Positions 16,219 to 23,599 of a stretch of 34,186 nt of DNA are shown here, one piece after another. The notes beneath the pieces were generated by a model that was given only the letters and a program-made list of their open reading frames with translations, did no database searches and had not been told where the DNA came from. The stretch is from assembly GCA_041821645.1 (NCBI GenBank), contig JBGUDX010000001.1:1-34186 (forward strand), given 5' to 3'. Position numbers and translations under genes: made by a program. This DNA comes from Acidobacteriota bacterium. GTDB taxonomy: Bacteria > Actinomycetota > Thermoleophilia > Solirubrobacterales > 70-9. Numbering within the stretch: the stretch's first letter is position 1; each line of letters starts with the position of its first letter.

Positions 16219-17106
16219 ATGTCAGCGGAGCAAGAGGAAAAGGCGGCCTGGCGAGATCCCGCCCTCGGAGAGGCTCGAACCCTGGAGCTGCCCGGGGGGA
16301 GCATTCGGTATCACGACGTCGGATCCGGTCCGCCGATCGTGTTCGTCCACGGACTCCTGGTCAACGCCAATCTCTGGCGAAAGCCGGTCGGGCTGCTGGC
16401 CCCCGATTTCCGCTGCATCGTGCTCGACATGCCACTCGGCAGTCACCTGCTTCCACTCGAGCCCGACGCCGCGAACGAACCCGAGGCCGCCGCCGGCCTG
16501 ATCGGCGACGCGCTCGAGGCTCTGGATCTGGACCAGGTCACCCTGGTCGGCAACGACAGCGGTGGGGCGCTCTCGCAGGTCCTGATCACTACCAGGCCAG
16601 AGCGGGTCGGACGGCTGGTGCTCACTTCATGCGATTTCCGGGACACGTTCCCGCCGAAGATGTTCGCCTATTTCAAACCGGCGGCAGCGGTGCCGGGTCT
16701 TCTCTGGCTGACCCTCCAGCCGTTGCGCCTCCGTCTTCCCCGCCGGTTGCCGATTGCGTTCGGATGGCTGGCCAAGAGCCCGATCGACCGCCGGGCCGAG
16801 GACTCATATCTGCTGCCCGCGCTTTCGGACAGCGGGGTCCGGCGGGACGTTCGGAAATTCATCAAGGGGATAGACACCGCGACGACCAACGCCGCGGCTG
16901 ACCGGCTCGGCCGGTTCGAGCGGCCCAGCATGATCGCCTGGTCCGGAGACGACCGGTTGTTCCCCCGGTCCGACGCGGAGGGGCTGGTCCGGGAGCTTCC
17001 CGACGCGAGACTCGAATTGATTGAAGATGCCTACACCTTTTCCCCGGAAGACAACCCGGCGCGGCTCGCGGAGCTGATCCGGGAATTCGTCCGGGAACCG
17101 GCCTGA
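16219..17106 (+). CDS. alpha/beta-fold hydrolase (epoxide hydrolase / haloalkane dehalogenase-like nucleophile elbow)
   Basis: 'PIVFVHGLLVNANLW' (HG oxyanion motif) and 'LVGNDSGGAL', which aligns with the HDWGSAL-type Asp-nucleophile elbow. ATG at 16219, preceded by AGGAGG and a 5-nt spacer. Confidence 0.85.
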   Translation: MSAEQEEKAAWRDPALGEARTLELPGGSIRYHDVGSGPPIVFVHGLLVNANLWRKPVGLLAPDFRCIVLDMPLGSHLLPLEPDAANEPEAAAGLIGDALEALDLDQVTLVGNDSGGALSQVLITTRPERVGRLVLTSCDFRDTFPPKMFAYFKPAAAVPGLLWLTLQPLRLRLPRRLPIAFGWLAKSPIDRRAEDSYLLPALSDSGVRRDVRKFIKGIDTATTNAAADRLGRFERPSMIAWSGDDRLFPRSDAEGLVRELPDARLELIEDAYTFSPEDNPARLAELIREFVREPA

Positions 17107-17112
17107 GCGATC

Positions 17113-17156
17113 CCGGGCAGTCGGGGCGATTCAACAGCCCCGCGGAAACTGCCCGG
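17113..17156 (+). terminator. nested GC-rich stem-loop between the hydrolase and GNAT genes (candidate I-shaped terminator or attenuator)
   Basis: The outer stem CCGGGCAGT (17113-17121) pairs with ACTGCCCGG (17148-17156). The inner stem CGGGGC (17122-17127) pairs with GCCCCG (17137-17142). No U-tract. Confidence 0.35.
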
Positions 17157-17178
17157 CCCGGGTGGTAGGTTCGACCGG

Positions 17179-18315
17179 ATGTCGAATCTGACCGTAAGGC
17201 CGGTGACGAGCCGTCGGGACCTCAAGCGGTTCGTCAAGGTCCCGTTCCGGGTACATCGCGACCATCCGCAATGGGTACCGCCGCTGATCGTTGACCGAAT
17301 GCAGTTCCTGAACCGGTCGAAGAACCCCTACTTCGATCACGCCGAGGTCGAACTGCTGATCGCCGAGCGTGACGGCGAGCCGGTGGGGCGGATCAGCGCC
17401 CAGATCGATCAACGCTGGGACGAGTATCGCGGCGGCAACGACGGCCAGTTCGGCTTCTTCGAGACGGTGAACGATTCCGAAGTCGCCAGGGCGCTGCTCG
17501 ATGCCGGCTGCGAGTGGCTGGCCGGGCGCGGGCGCGAGCGCGTGGTGGGACCGATGGACTTCACCACGAACGACGAGGTCGGCATTCAGATCGACGGCTT
17601 CGATCTGAAGCCGGTCATCCTCGAAAACTGCCACCAGCCTTACGTTCAGACGCTGGTCGAGGAGAACGGCTTCACCAAGGCGATGGACCTGCAGATGTGG
17701 CATCTCGAGATGGGCAAGCTGATGGAGGGCCTCAAGTTCCACCCCGCGATCCACGAGGCGGCCCAGAAGAGCCTGGACGAACACGGGATCAAGATCCGCA
17801 AGATGAGGAAGTCCGACATGGCCGCCGAAATCGCCAGGTTCCACGAGGTCTACAACGAAGCATGGGGAGAAAACTGGGGCTTCGTCCCGATCACTTCCGA
17901 TGAGGTCGATTTCCACGCCAAGATGCTCAAGCTGGTGATCGATGAGGACTGGGCGATGATCGCCGAGAAAGAGGACGGGGAGGTGGTCGGCGCGGCGATG
18001 ACCCTGCCGGACATCAATCAGGTTCTGGCGAAGATGGGCGGTCGGCTGTTGCCGCTCGGCTGGCTCAGGTTCCTTCGCGGGAGACGGAGGGTAGACGTGG
18101 TGCGGATCCTCGCGCTCGGCGTCAAGAAGGACTATCAGCACACCGGGGTGGCGGCCGCGCTCTACGTGCGGCACGTCCAGACCACCGACCCGGACGGGGT
18201 CATGACCGGCGAGGCCGGCTGGATCCTGGAGACCAACGAACCGATGAACCGCGCACTCGAGGGGATGGGCGGTGTGGTCAACAAGAAGTTCCGGGTCTAC
18301 GAGAAGTCCCTGTAA
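17179..18315 (+). CDS. GNAT-fold acyltransferase-like protein (uncharacterised family of about 380 aa)
   Basis: 378-aa ORF. 'ALGVKKDYQHTGVAAALY' fits GNAT motif A (Q/R-x-x-G-x-G/A). The N-terminal 'DLKRFVKVPFRVHRDHPQWVPPL' is typical of a conserved long-GNAT family. Confidence 0.7.
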   Translation: MSNLTVRPVTSRRDLKRFVKVPFRVHRDHPQWVPPLIVDRMQFLNRSKNPYFDHAEVELLIAERDGEPVGRISAQIDQRWDEYRGGNDGQFGFFETVNDSEVARALLDAGCEWLAGRGRERVVGPMDFTTNDEVGIQIDGFDLKPVILENCHQPYVQTLVEENGFTKAMDLQMWHLEMGKLMEGLKFHPAIHEAAQKSLDEHGIKIRKMRKSDMAAEIARFHEVYNEAWGENWGFVPITSDEVDFHAKMLKLVIDEDWAMIAEKEDGEVVGAAMTLPDINQVLAKMGGRLLPLGWLRFLRGRRRVDVVRILALGVKKDYQHTGVAAALYVRHVQTTDPDGVMTGEAGWILETNEPMNRALEGMGGVVNKKFRVYEKSL

Positions 18316-18326
18316 AGAGCGACATC

Positions 18327-18353
18327 TTCCGGCGGATAGCCGGGAGGCCGGAA
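18327..18353 (+). terminator. hairpin downstream of the GNAT gene (TTCCGGC-N13-GCCGGAA)
   Basis: 7-bp perfect inverted repeat beginning 12 nt after the stop. No U-tract. Confidence 0.25.
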
Positions 18354-18389
18354 ACTACGTCGGGGATTCCGCCGAGCGACCCCGCTAGA

Positions 18390-18719
18390 GTGGCTCCTGT
18401 GACCGACGTTGAGTTAGAGGGCGAGCTGGTCTCGGAGGAAGATGTCGAGGCCGAAGCGGCTGAGCAGGTCAGGGCGCTGCCCCGCGAGTACGACCTGCCG
18501 AAAGGCGCACTGCCGGCACTTCGCAGCGAGGTCACGACCGCGGCCATCGCAGTCGCCGGGGGCGCTCTGGCCGGAGCTGCCACCGTGGCCGCGGTGAGGG
18601 CCGTGAGCGGAGGGGGAAGCCAGAAACGGCGCAGTCGTCGTCTTGCCAAACGGACCCGTCCGGCCAACGTGGTCGCCAGCCGCTCCTTCCTGGTCGACGT
18701 CCACGTCCTCGGCCGCTAG
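18390..18719 (+). CDS. hypothetical small protein (acidic N-terminus, one Ala/Gly-rich hydrophobic segment, basic C-terminus)
   Basis: 109-aa ORF with a GTG start and moderately high GC3. It ends 15 nt before the next gene. No recognisable RBS or family. Confidence 0.4.
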   Translation: MAPVTDVELEGELVSEEDVEAEAAEQVRALPREYDLPKGALPALRSEVTTAAIAVAGGALAGAATVAAVRAVSGGGSQKRRSRRLAKRTRPANVVASRSFLVDVHVLGR

Positions 18720-18733
18720 CCGACAGGTATCCC

Positions 18734-19765
18734 GTGGAACCGATCGAGATCGCCGTCCGGCCGATCTCGCCGTTAAGGCTTCCGGGGTCCGGTGGAGACC
18801 GGACACTGCAGCTGAGCGGCCCCTGGGCTCGGCGCCTGCTGGTGATCGACCGGGCCGCGATGCTGATCCGCTTCCGGCGACTGGACTCGGGGGAGGTCCT
18901 GTTCGGCGCGCATGGCCTCGAACCCGACCGGCTCGAGGGCCCGGGCAGCGAATCCCTGATCGAGCCGGGCGAGCGGCACCTGCTGGCCGGGATAGGGCGT
19001 ATGCGATTCGCGGTCGGCGTCGATCAGGATCTGACCGACTTCCACCAGCGCTTCCGGTCGGACCCGGTCCTCGGTCCGGCGATCCGCGGCCGGCTCGACC
19101 GACGGTCGAGACGGCGTCCCGTCCCCTGGGAGGTCCTGATCTGGGCGATAACCGAGCAGTTGATCGAGTATCGCCGGGCGGCCGCCATCCAGCGTCAGAT
19201 GATCCGCCGCTGGGGCATCCGGCTGCGCAACGGTGACCCCGCCGGCGATGCCGCCGCAGGGCGTCGCAGGGGGCCGGCCCGGGGCCGGGCGGGGCGCGGG
19301 AAGGGCCTGCCGATGTCGACGGTACCGTCCCCCGAGGTGATCGCCCGTCTTGCACCGGCCGAGCTGGCCGCCTGCGACCTGAGCCCGCGACGGGCGCTGG
19401 CCGCGATCATGGTCGCCCGGGAGATCAGCCGGGGGCGCTGTGATCCGGCCGATCCCGCTGATGACCGCCGGCTGATGGCGATACGCGACATCGGGGCCTG
19501 GACGATCGCCTGCCTCGGGTTGCGCGGCCGTGGTGATACCGACGCCCTGCTGGCCGGCGATCTCGGTCAGGTCAAGCTGGTCGGCTACCTGCTCGGACTC
19601 GGCCGGCCGGCCGAGGTCGAGGAGGTCGAACAGTTCTACCGGCCCTATGCGCCCTACCGGGGCCTGGCCGGGGACTATCTGCTCGGCGCCGCCGGGGAGT
19701 CCGTCCACGGCCCCGGCAACCGGGCCCGGATCCGGCACCGGGCGGACCTCCGCCACGCCGCCTGA
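18734..19765 (+). CDS. HhH-GPD superfamily DNA glycosylase (AlkA-like 3-methyladenine glycosylase II)
   Basis: 'PWEVLIWAITEQLIEYRRAAAIQRQMIRRWG' (start of the HhH-GPD domain), 'IRDIGAWTIACLGLRGRGDTDALLAGDLGQVKLVG' (helix-hairpin-helix plus catalytic Asp). GTG start. Confidence 0.7.
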   Translation: MEPIEIAVRPISPLRLPGSGGDRTLQLSGPWARRLLVIDRAAMLIRFRRLDSGEVLFGAHGLEPDRLEGPGSESLIEPGERHLLAGIGRMRFAVGVDQDLTDFHQRFRSDPVLGPAIRGRLDRRSRRRPVPWEVLIWAITEQLIEYRRAAAIQRQMIRRWGIRLRNGDPAGDAAAGRRRGPARGRAGRGKGLPMSTVPSPEVIARLAPAELAACDLSPRRALAAIMVAREISRGRCDPADPADDRRLMAIRDIGAWTIACLGLRGRGDTDALLAGDLGQVKLVGYLLGLGRPAEVEEVEQFYRPYAPYRGLAGDYLLGAAGESVHGPGNRARIRHRADLRHAA

Positions 19766-19793
19766 TCCGGGAGGCTGCGGGGACCTGCTGCGT

Positions 19794-19814
19794 GGCTGAC
19801 CGGCCCGGTCGGCC
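19794..19814. terminator. hairpin between convergent genes (8-bp stem including one G-U pair, 5-nt loop)
   Basis: GGCTGACC-GGCCC-GGTCGGCC, read directly from the sequence. It lies between the stops at 19765 (+) and 19826 (-). Confidence 0.3.
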
Positions 19815-19825
19815 TTGCCGGCGGT

Positions 19826-20932
19826 TCAGCCGGGGTCGATCTCGCCGCCGGGAAGGAACTCGTTGGTTAGTGAATCGACCGCCCTCGCAGGCGAAGCCAG
19901 CACCTCGTTCTCGACCATCCAGTTGATGAAGGTCTGCCACTTGGCCGTGCTCATGTAGCCGTGAGGCTTCGATTTGTCATCCCGGGCGAGCAGCGGCAGG
20001 GTCACCCTTGTCTGCGCTCTGGTGATCCCCGGTTTGAGCGCCTTGTTTGCCTCGAGGATCGTTTCGGCCGCCAGGTTGGGGTGAGCGACGGCGTCGGCCG
20101 TGCCGCGGGCCAGGGCGGCGATGAACAGCCTGACCGGGTCGGGGTCCTCCTCCAGGCGCGAGCCCCGGGCGACCAGGACCAGTTCGTCGTAGGTAGGCAC
20201 GCCGAGGCGATTGACCGGGTTGACGTCCGGCTTGAGCCCCGAAAGCTTGAGATCCACTCCCTCGATGTTCCAGAGCGGACCCAGCGTGGCCTGGGCCTTG
20301 CCGCTGATGATCGAGGGCAGAAGGCCCTGGCCGACCGAGACCCTTTTCACGTCGTTCTCGGTGAGTCCGGCCCGCTCGAGGATCGTCTTCAGGTAGGCGT
20401 CCTGGTAGGGGATCCCCGCGGTGGACACGGTCTTGCCCTTGAGATCGGCGACCCGTTTGATCTTCGACCGCTTCAGCCAGATCATCGAGGTGAGCGGCTG
20501 CCCGATCAGCGAGCTGACCGCGACCACGTCGAGCCCCTGCTCGCGGGCGAGCAGGACCTCCGGTTCGTAGGAGACGGCGAGATCAGTCTTGCCGGCGGCG
20601 ACCAGTTTGATCGGCAGCGCCGGGTCGGTCGGCGCGTTCAGAGAGACGTCGAGGCCGGCGTCTTCGAAGTAGCCGCTGTCCCGGGCGGTGAAGATTCCGG
20701 CGTGGTCGGGGTTCGGATACCAGTCGAGGGCCAGGCTGAACGGTTCGCTCACCGGGGTTACGTCTTCGGACTTGGTTCCGCAGGCGGCGACCGTCACCGC
20801 GACGACCGTCGCCAGGAGGAGAAGCGCCGTCTTTCTCAATTGCTGTCCGGACGGCTGGTGGGTGGCGGGTGCCCCGCTCTGGTTAGAAGCATTGGGCGGC
20901 AGGTTATCGCCATCTGAGCAGCGCCCGTTCAA
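19826..20932 (-). CDS. ABC transporter substrate-binding lipoprotein, NMT1/THI5-like (SsuA/ThiY-type, NitT/TauT family)
   Basis: 'LDWYPNPDHAGIFTARDSGYFEDAGLDV' is typical of NMT1/ThiY/SsuA binding proteins. Lipobox 'TVAACG'. A TTG at 20839 would give a classical MRKTALLLLATVVAVTVAAC signal peptide and remove the 29-nt overlap with the permease. Confidence 0.85.
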   Translation of the reverse strand: MNGRCSDGDNLPPNASNQSGAPATHQPSGQQLRKTALLLLATVVAVTVAACGTKSEDVTPVSEPFSLALDWYPNPDHAGIFTARDSGYFEDAGLDVSLNAPTDPALPIKLVAAGKTDLAVSYEPEVLLAREQGLDVVAVSSLIGQPLTSMIWLKRSKIKRVADLKGKTVSTAGIPYQDAYLKTILERAGLTENDVKRVSVGQGLLPSIISGKAQATLGPLWNIEGVDLKLSGLKPDVNPVNRLGVPTYDELVLVARGSRLEEDPDPVRLFIAALARGTADAVAHPNLAAETILEANKALKPGITRAQTRVTLPLLARDDKSKPHGYMSTAKWQTFINWMVENEVLASPARAVDSLTNEFLPGGEIDPG

Positions 20933-21677
20933 TCAGGCCGATCAGTCCGAACAGCAGGATCGCGATCAGCGAGAGCACCACGACCGAGGCGAACATCCGG
21001 GCCGTCAGCAGTTGGGCATTGTCCTGCAGCATCAGGTGGCCGAGCCCGCGATCCGATCCGGCCCACTCGCCGAAGACGGCTCCGATCACCGCCACCGCCA
21101 CCGCGATCTTCGCTCCACTGAACAGGTATGGCAGGGCGGCCGGGGCCTCGACCCGGCGAAAGATCTGGGATCGGCCGGCGTAGAGCGTGCGCAGCATCTT
21201 GACCGAGTCGGGATCCACCGATCGCAGTCCGTCGAGCGTGTTGACGGTGATCGGGAAGAAGCAGATCAGCGCGATCACGGCCAGCTTCGGGCCGATCCCG
21301 AAACCGAACCAGACCACGAGGATCGGCGCAATCACGATGATCGGGATGGTCTGCGAAGCGACAACCACCGGGTAGCTCGCCCTCCTGAGCAGCTCCGAGA
21401 AGTGGAGCGCGGTAGCCACCGCCACTCCGAGCACCAGCGCGACAGCGAACCCGGCGACGATCTCGATCAGGGTCACCTCGGCGTTTTCGGCGATCAAGCT
21501 CCGGTCCTGCCACAGGACCTCAGCAATCTGGGCCGGCGAAGGCACGAGGAAGTCCTCCAGGTCGAGCGCACCGGCGAGGAAGCCGGTGGAGGCTGCAAGC
21601 TGCCAGAGCCCCACCAGGAGGACGATCAGAGCGAGCGGTGGCAGCCAAATGCGGGCCGCCCGGCGTGCGGCTTTCAT
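20904..21677 (-). CDS. ABC transporter permease (NitT/TauT family)
   Basis: 257-aa, 6-TM protein of the binding-protein-dependent permease type. ATGA overlap with the upstream ATPase gene. Confidence 0.85.
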   Translation of the reverse strand: MKAARRAARIWLPPLALIVLLVGLWQLAASTGFLAGALDLEDFLVPSPAQIAEVLWQDRSLIAENAEVTLIEIVAGFAVALVLGVAVATALHFSELLRRASYPVVVASQTIPIIVIAPILVVWFGFGIGPKLAVIALICFFPITVNTLDGLRSVDPDSVKMLRTLYAGRSQIFRRVEAPAALPYLFSGAKIAVAVAVIGAVFGEWAGSDRGLGHLMLQDNAQLLTARMFASVVVLSLIAILLFGLIGLIERALLRWR

Positions 21678-22453
21678 CCGGGCCTCCCGGTGCCCGACGG
21701 GGAGGGGGGCTTGAGCAGAGCCAGCAGCTCCTCCCGGCGTGCGGTGAATCCAGGGTCGGTCACGATCTCTTCTCGCGGCAGGCCGGCTGTGGCCGGAGCA
21801 TCGATCGTGGCGATTATCCGCCCGGGCCTGGCGCTGAGGGCGATCACCGAATCGGAGAGGTACAGAGCCTCTTCGACGTCATGGGTCACCAGCACGACCG
21901 TGCGGTTCTCCCCAGCGAGTGCGGGCAGCAGCCACTCCTGAAGTTCGGCTCTGGTGATCGCGTCGAGGCTGGCGAACGGCTCGTCCAGCAGCAGCACGTC
22001 CTTGCGCGAGACCAGCGTTCTGAGGAACGCGACCCGATGGCGCATGCCGCCGGAAAGCTGATCGGGCCGGGCCTGTTCGAATCCGGCCAGGCCGAATCGC
22101 TCGAACAGCCTGCCCGCCTCGGACCGGGCCTCGGCTCTGGATCGGCCCCGGTTCCTCAGGGCCAGCCCGGCGTTGTCGAGAGCCGAGTACCAGGGCAGCA
22201 GGCAGTCTTTCTGGGGCATCCAGGCGCAGCGGTTGAGGCGCCCGGGCCCGCCCGTTTCTCCACCGACTTCGAGCCGACCGCGGGTCGGCTGCCCGAGGCC
22301 GCAGATCAGTTCAAGCAGGGTGGACTTGCCGCAGCCTGACGGCCCGATCACACCGAGCACCTCGCCCGGGCCGGTCTCGAAGTCGAGCCCGTCGAGTACG
22401 TCCAGATCGCCGAAAGAGTGGCCGACGCCGCGGCCCGACAGGGATACCGTCAT
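21674..22453 (-). CDS. ABC transporter ATP-binding protein (NitT/TauT family)
   Basis: Walker A 'GPSGCGKST', signature 'LSGGMRHRVAFLRTL', Walker B 'LLLDEPFASLD'. Confidence 0.9.
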   Translation of the reverse strand: MTVSLSGRGVGHSFGDLDVLDGLDFETGPGEVLGVIGPSGCGKSTLLELICGLGQPTRGRLEVGGETGGPGRLNRCAWMPQKDCLLPWYSALDNAGLALRNRGRSRAEARSEAGRLFERFGLAGFEQARPDQLSGGMRHRVAFLRTLVSRKDVLLLDEPFASLDAITRAELQEWLLPALAGENRTVVLVTHDVEEALYLSDSVIALSARPGRIIATIDAPATAGLPREEIVTDPGFTARREELLALLKPPSPSGTGRPG

Positions 22454-22512
22454 CGGGGCCAGTCTAGGCGGTCGATGGCCGCGGCTGGATCAGGGAGTGC
22501 GGCATCCGTCGG

Positions 22513-22528
22513 TCCGGCATCTGCCGGA
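22513..22528. promoter_or_regulatory. perfect palindrome TCCGGCA-TC-TGCCGGA in the divergent intergenic region (candidate operator)
   Basis: Read directly from the sequence. It lies in the 158-bp region between the ABC importer operon and the TauE-Rrf2 operon. Confidence 0.3.
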
Positions 22529-22611
22529 CTGCGGCCTGAGGGGCGGCGATCTGTACCATTTCCCGCTTCCCGGTTTCTTGACTAAATAACTCAAGAGAGT
22601 CAAGAGAGCAG

Positions 22612-23595
22612 GTGGAGACGCTTGAACGCCCCGGCCCCCGGTCATTCTTGGACTTCTCGATAGCCATAATCCTCTTTGGTCTCGGAGTCGGGATTCTCGT
22701 CGGCATGACGGGAATGGGTGGCGGTGCCCTGATGACCCCGCTCCTGATCCTGTTTTTCGGGGTCTCGCCGACTACGGCGATCGGGACCGACATCCTCTAT
22801 TCCGCGATCACCAAGACGGTGGGGGGCTGGCGGCACCTCAGGCTGGGGACGGTCAACCTGGGGCTGGTCTTCTGGCTCGCGGCCGGAAGCGTTCCGGCCG
22901 CCGTCTTCGGGGTCCAGTTGATCGCGGTGCTGCAGAACCGGATCGGGCAGGAAAAGCTCGATTCCCTGGTCTACGCGGTGCTCGGAGGCACCCTGCTCAT
23001 GGTCGGGATCATCACCCTGGCCCGGGCGCTGATCCTCGCCCGCACGATCCAGGAGCGCGATGACTTCAAGATCGAGCACCGGCACAAGGTGGCCGCGGTC
23101 CTGATCGGGGCGAGCACCGGCTTCGTGATCGGGATCACCTCGGCCGGGTCGGGAACGGTCATCGCGGTCTTGCTGATCGCGGTGTTCCGGCTCACCCCCA
23201 AGCACGTGGTCGGGACCGACGTCTTCCATGCGGCGATCGTGCTGTGGGCGGCCGGCATAGCTCACTTCAGCCACGGCAACGTGGATCTCGGTCTGGCCGG
23301 CAACATCCTGCTGGGTTCGGTCCCGGGCGTGGTGATCGGGACCGCGATGATGAGCAGGGTCCCGCAGGATTCGATCCGGATCGGCCTCGGCCTGGTCCTG
23401 ATCGCGTCCGGATTCCTCACCGTCCAGAAAGGCGACCCCCTGGTCTGGCCGATTGCCGCGCTCGTCGCCGGAATCGGGTTCGTCCTGATCCTGATGGCCC
23501 CCCGCTGGTACCAGCGCTTCCGCCCGGCCAGGGCGGTGGCTCTGGAGCAGCAGTCGATCGCAGCTTCCGACCCCGAACGGGAATCGGTTAACTAG
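22612..23595 (+). CDS. TauE/SafE-family (DUF81) anion exporter membrane protein
   Basis: 'GVGILVGMTGMGGGALMTPLLILFFG' N-terminal motif and a second repeat 'GFVIGITSAGSGTVIAVLL'. Polytopic. GTG start; the exact start is uncertain. Confidence 0.85.
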   Translation: METLERPGPRSFLDFSIAIILFGLGVGILVGMTGMGGGALMTPLLILFFGVSPTTAIGTDILYSAITKTVGGWRHLRLGTVNLGLVFWLAAGSVPAAVFGVQLIAVLQNRIGQEKLDSLVYAVLGGTLLMVGIITLARALILARTIQERDDFKIEHRHKVAAVLIGASTGFVIGITSAGSGTVIAVLLIAVFRLTPKHVVGTDVFHAAIVLWAAGIAHFSHGNVDLGLAGNILLGSVPGVVIGTAMMSRVPQDSIRIGLGLVLIASGFLTVQKGDPLVWPIAALVAGIGFVLILMAPRWYQRFRPARAVALEQQSIAASDPERESVN

Positions 23596-23599
23596 GCCG

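Noticed and set aside
15210-16304. 364-aa minus-strand ORF.
   Set aside because: It is antisense to the second ABC-2 permease and the start of the hydrolase. It is rich in Arg/Asp/Gly/His and overlaps coherent plus-strand genes with start-stop coupling.
17131-18174. 347-aa minus-strand ORF.
   Set aside because: It is antisense to the GNAT-fold gene. It has no motifs, whereas the plus frame has GNAT motif A and a conserved N-terminal pattern.
18414-19756. Two long minus-strand ORFs (313 and 327 aa).
   Set aside because: Both are extremely Arg/Pro/Gly-rich and lie antisense to the AlkA-like gene, whose HhH-GPD motifs are clear.
20688-21941. 417-aa plus-strand ORF.
   Set aside because: It is antisense to the ABC permease and to parts of the SBP and ATPase genes. 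Its Arg/Asp/His-rich composition marks it as a shadow ORF.
22454-22611. TPP (THI-box) riboswitch upstream of the NMT1/ThiY-like ABC importer.
   Set aside because: On the minus strand I find only a partial resemblance ('CCCUGAUCCAGCC', near the ACCUGAUCUGG-type element). The conserved CUGAGA and GGGGUGC elements are absent in the right order; 'CUGAGG' occurs only on the opposite strand. The call is not supportable without a covariance-model scan.
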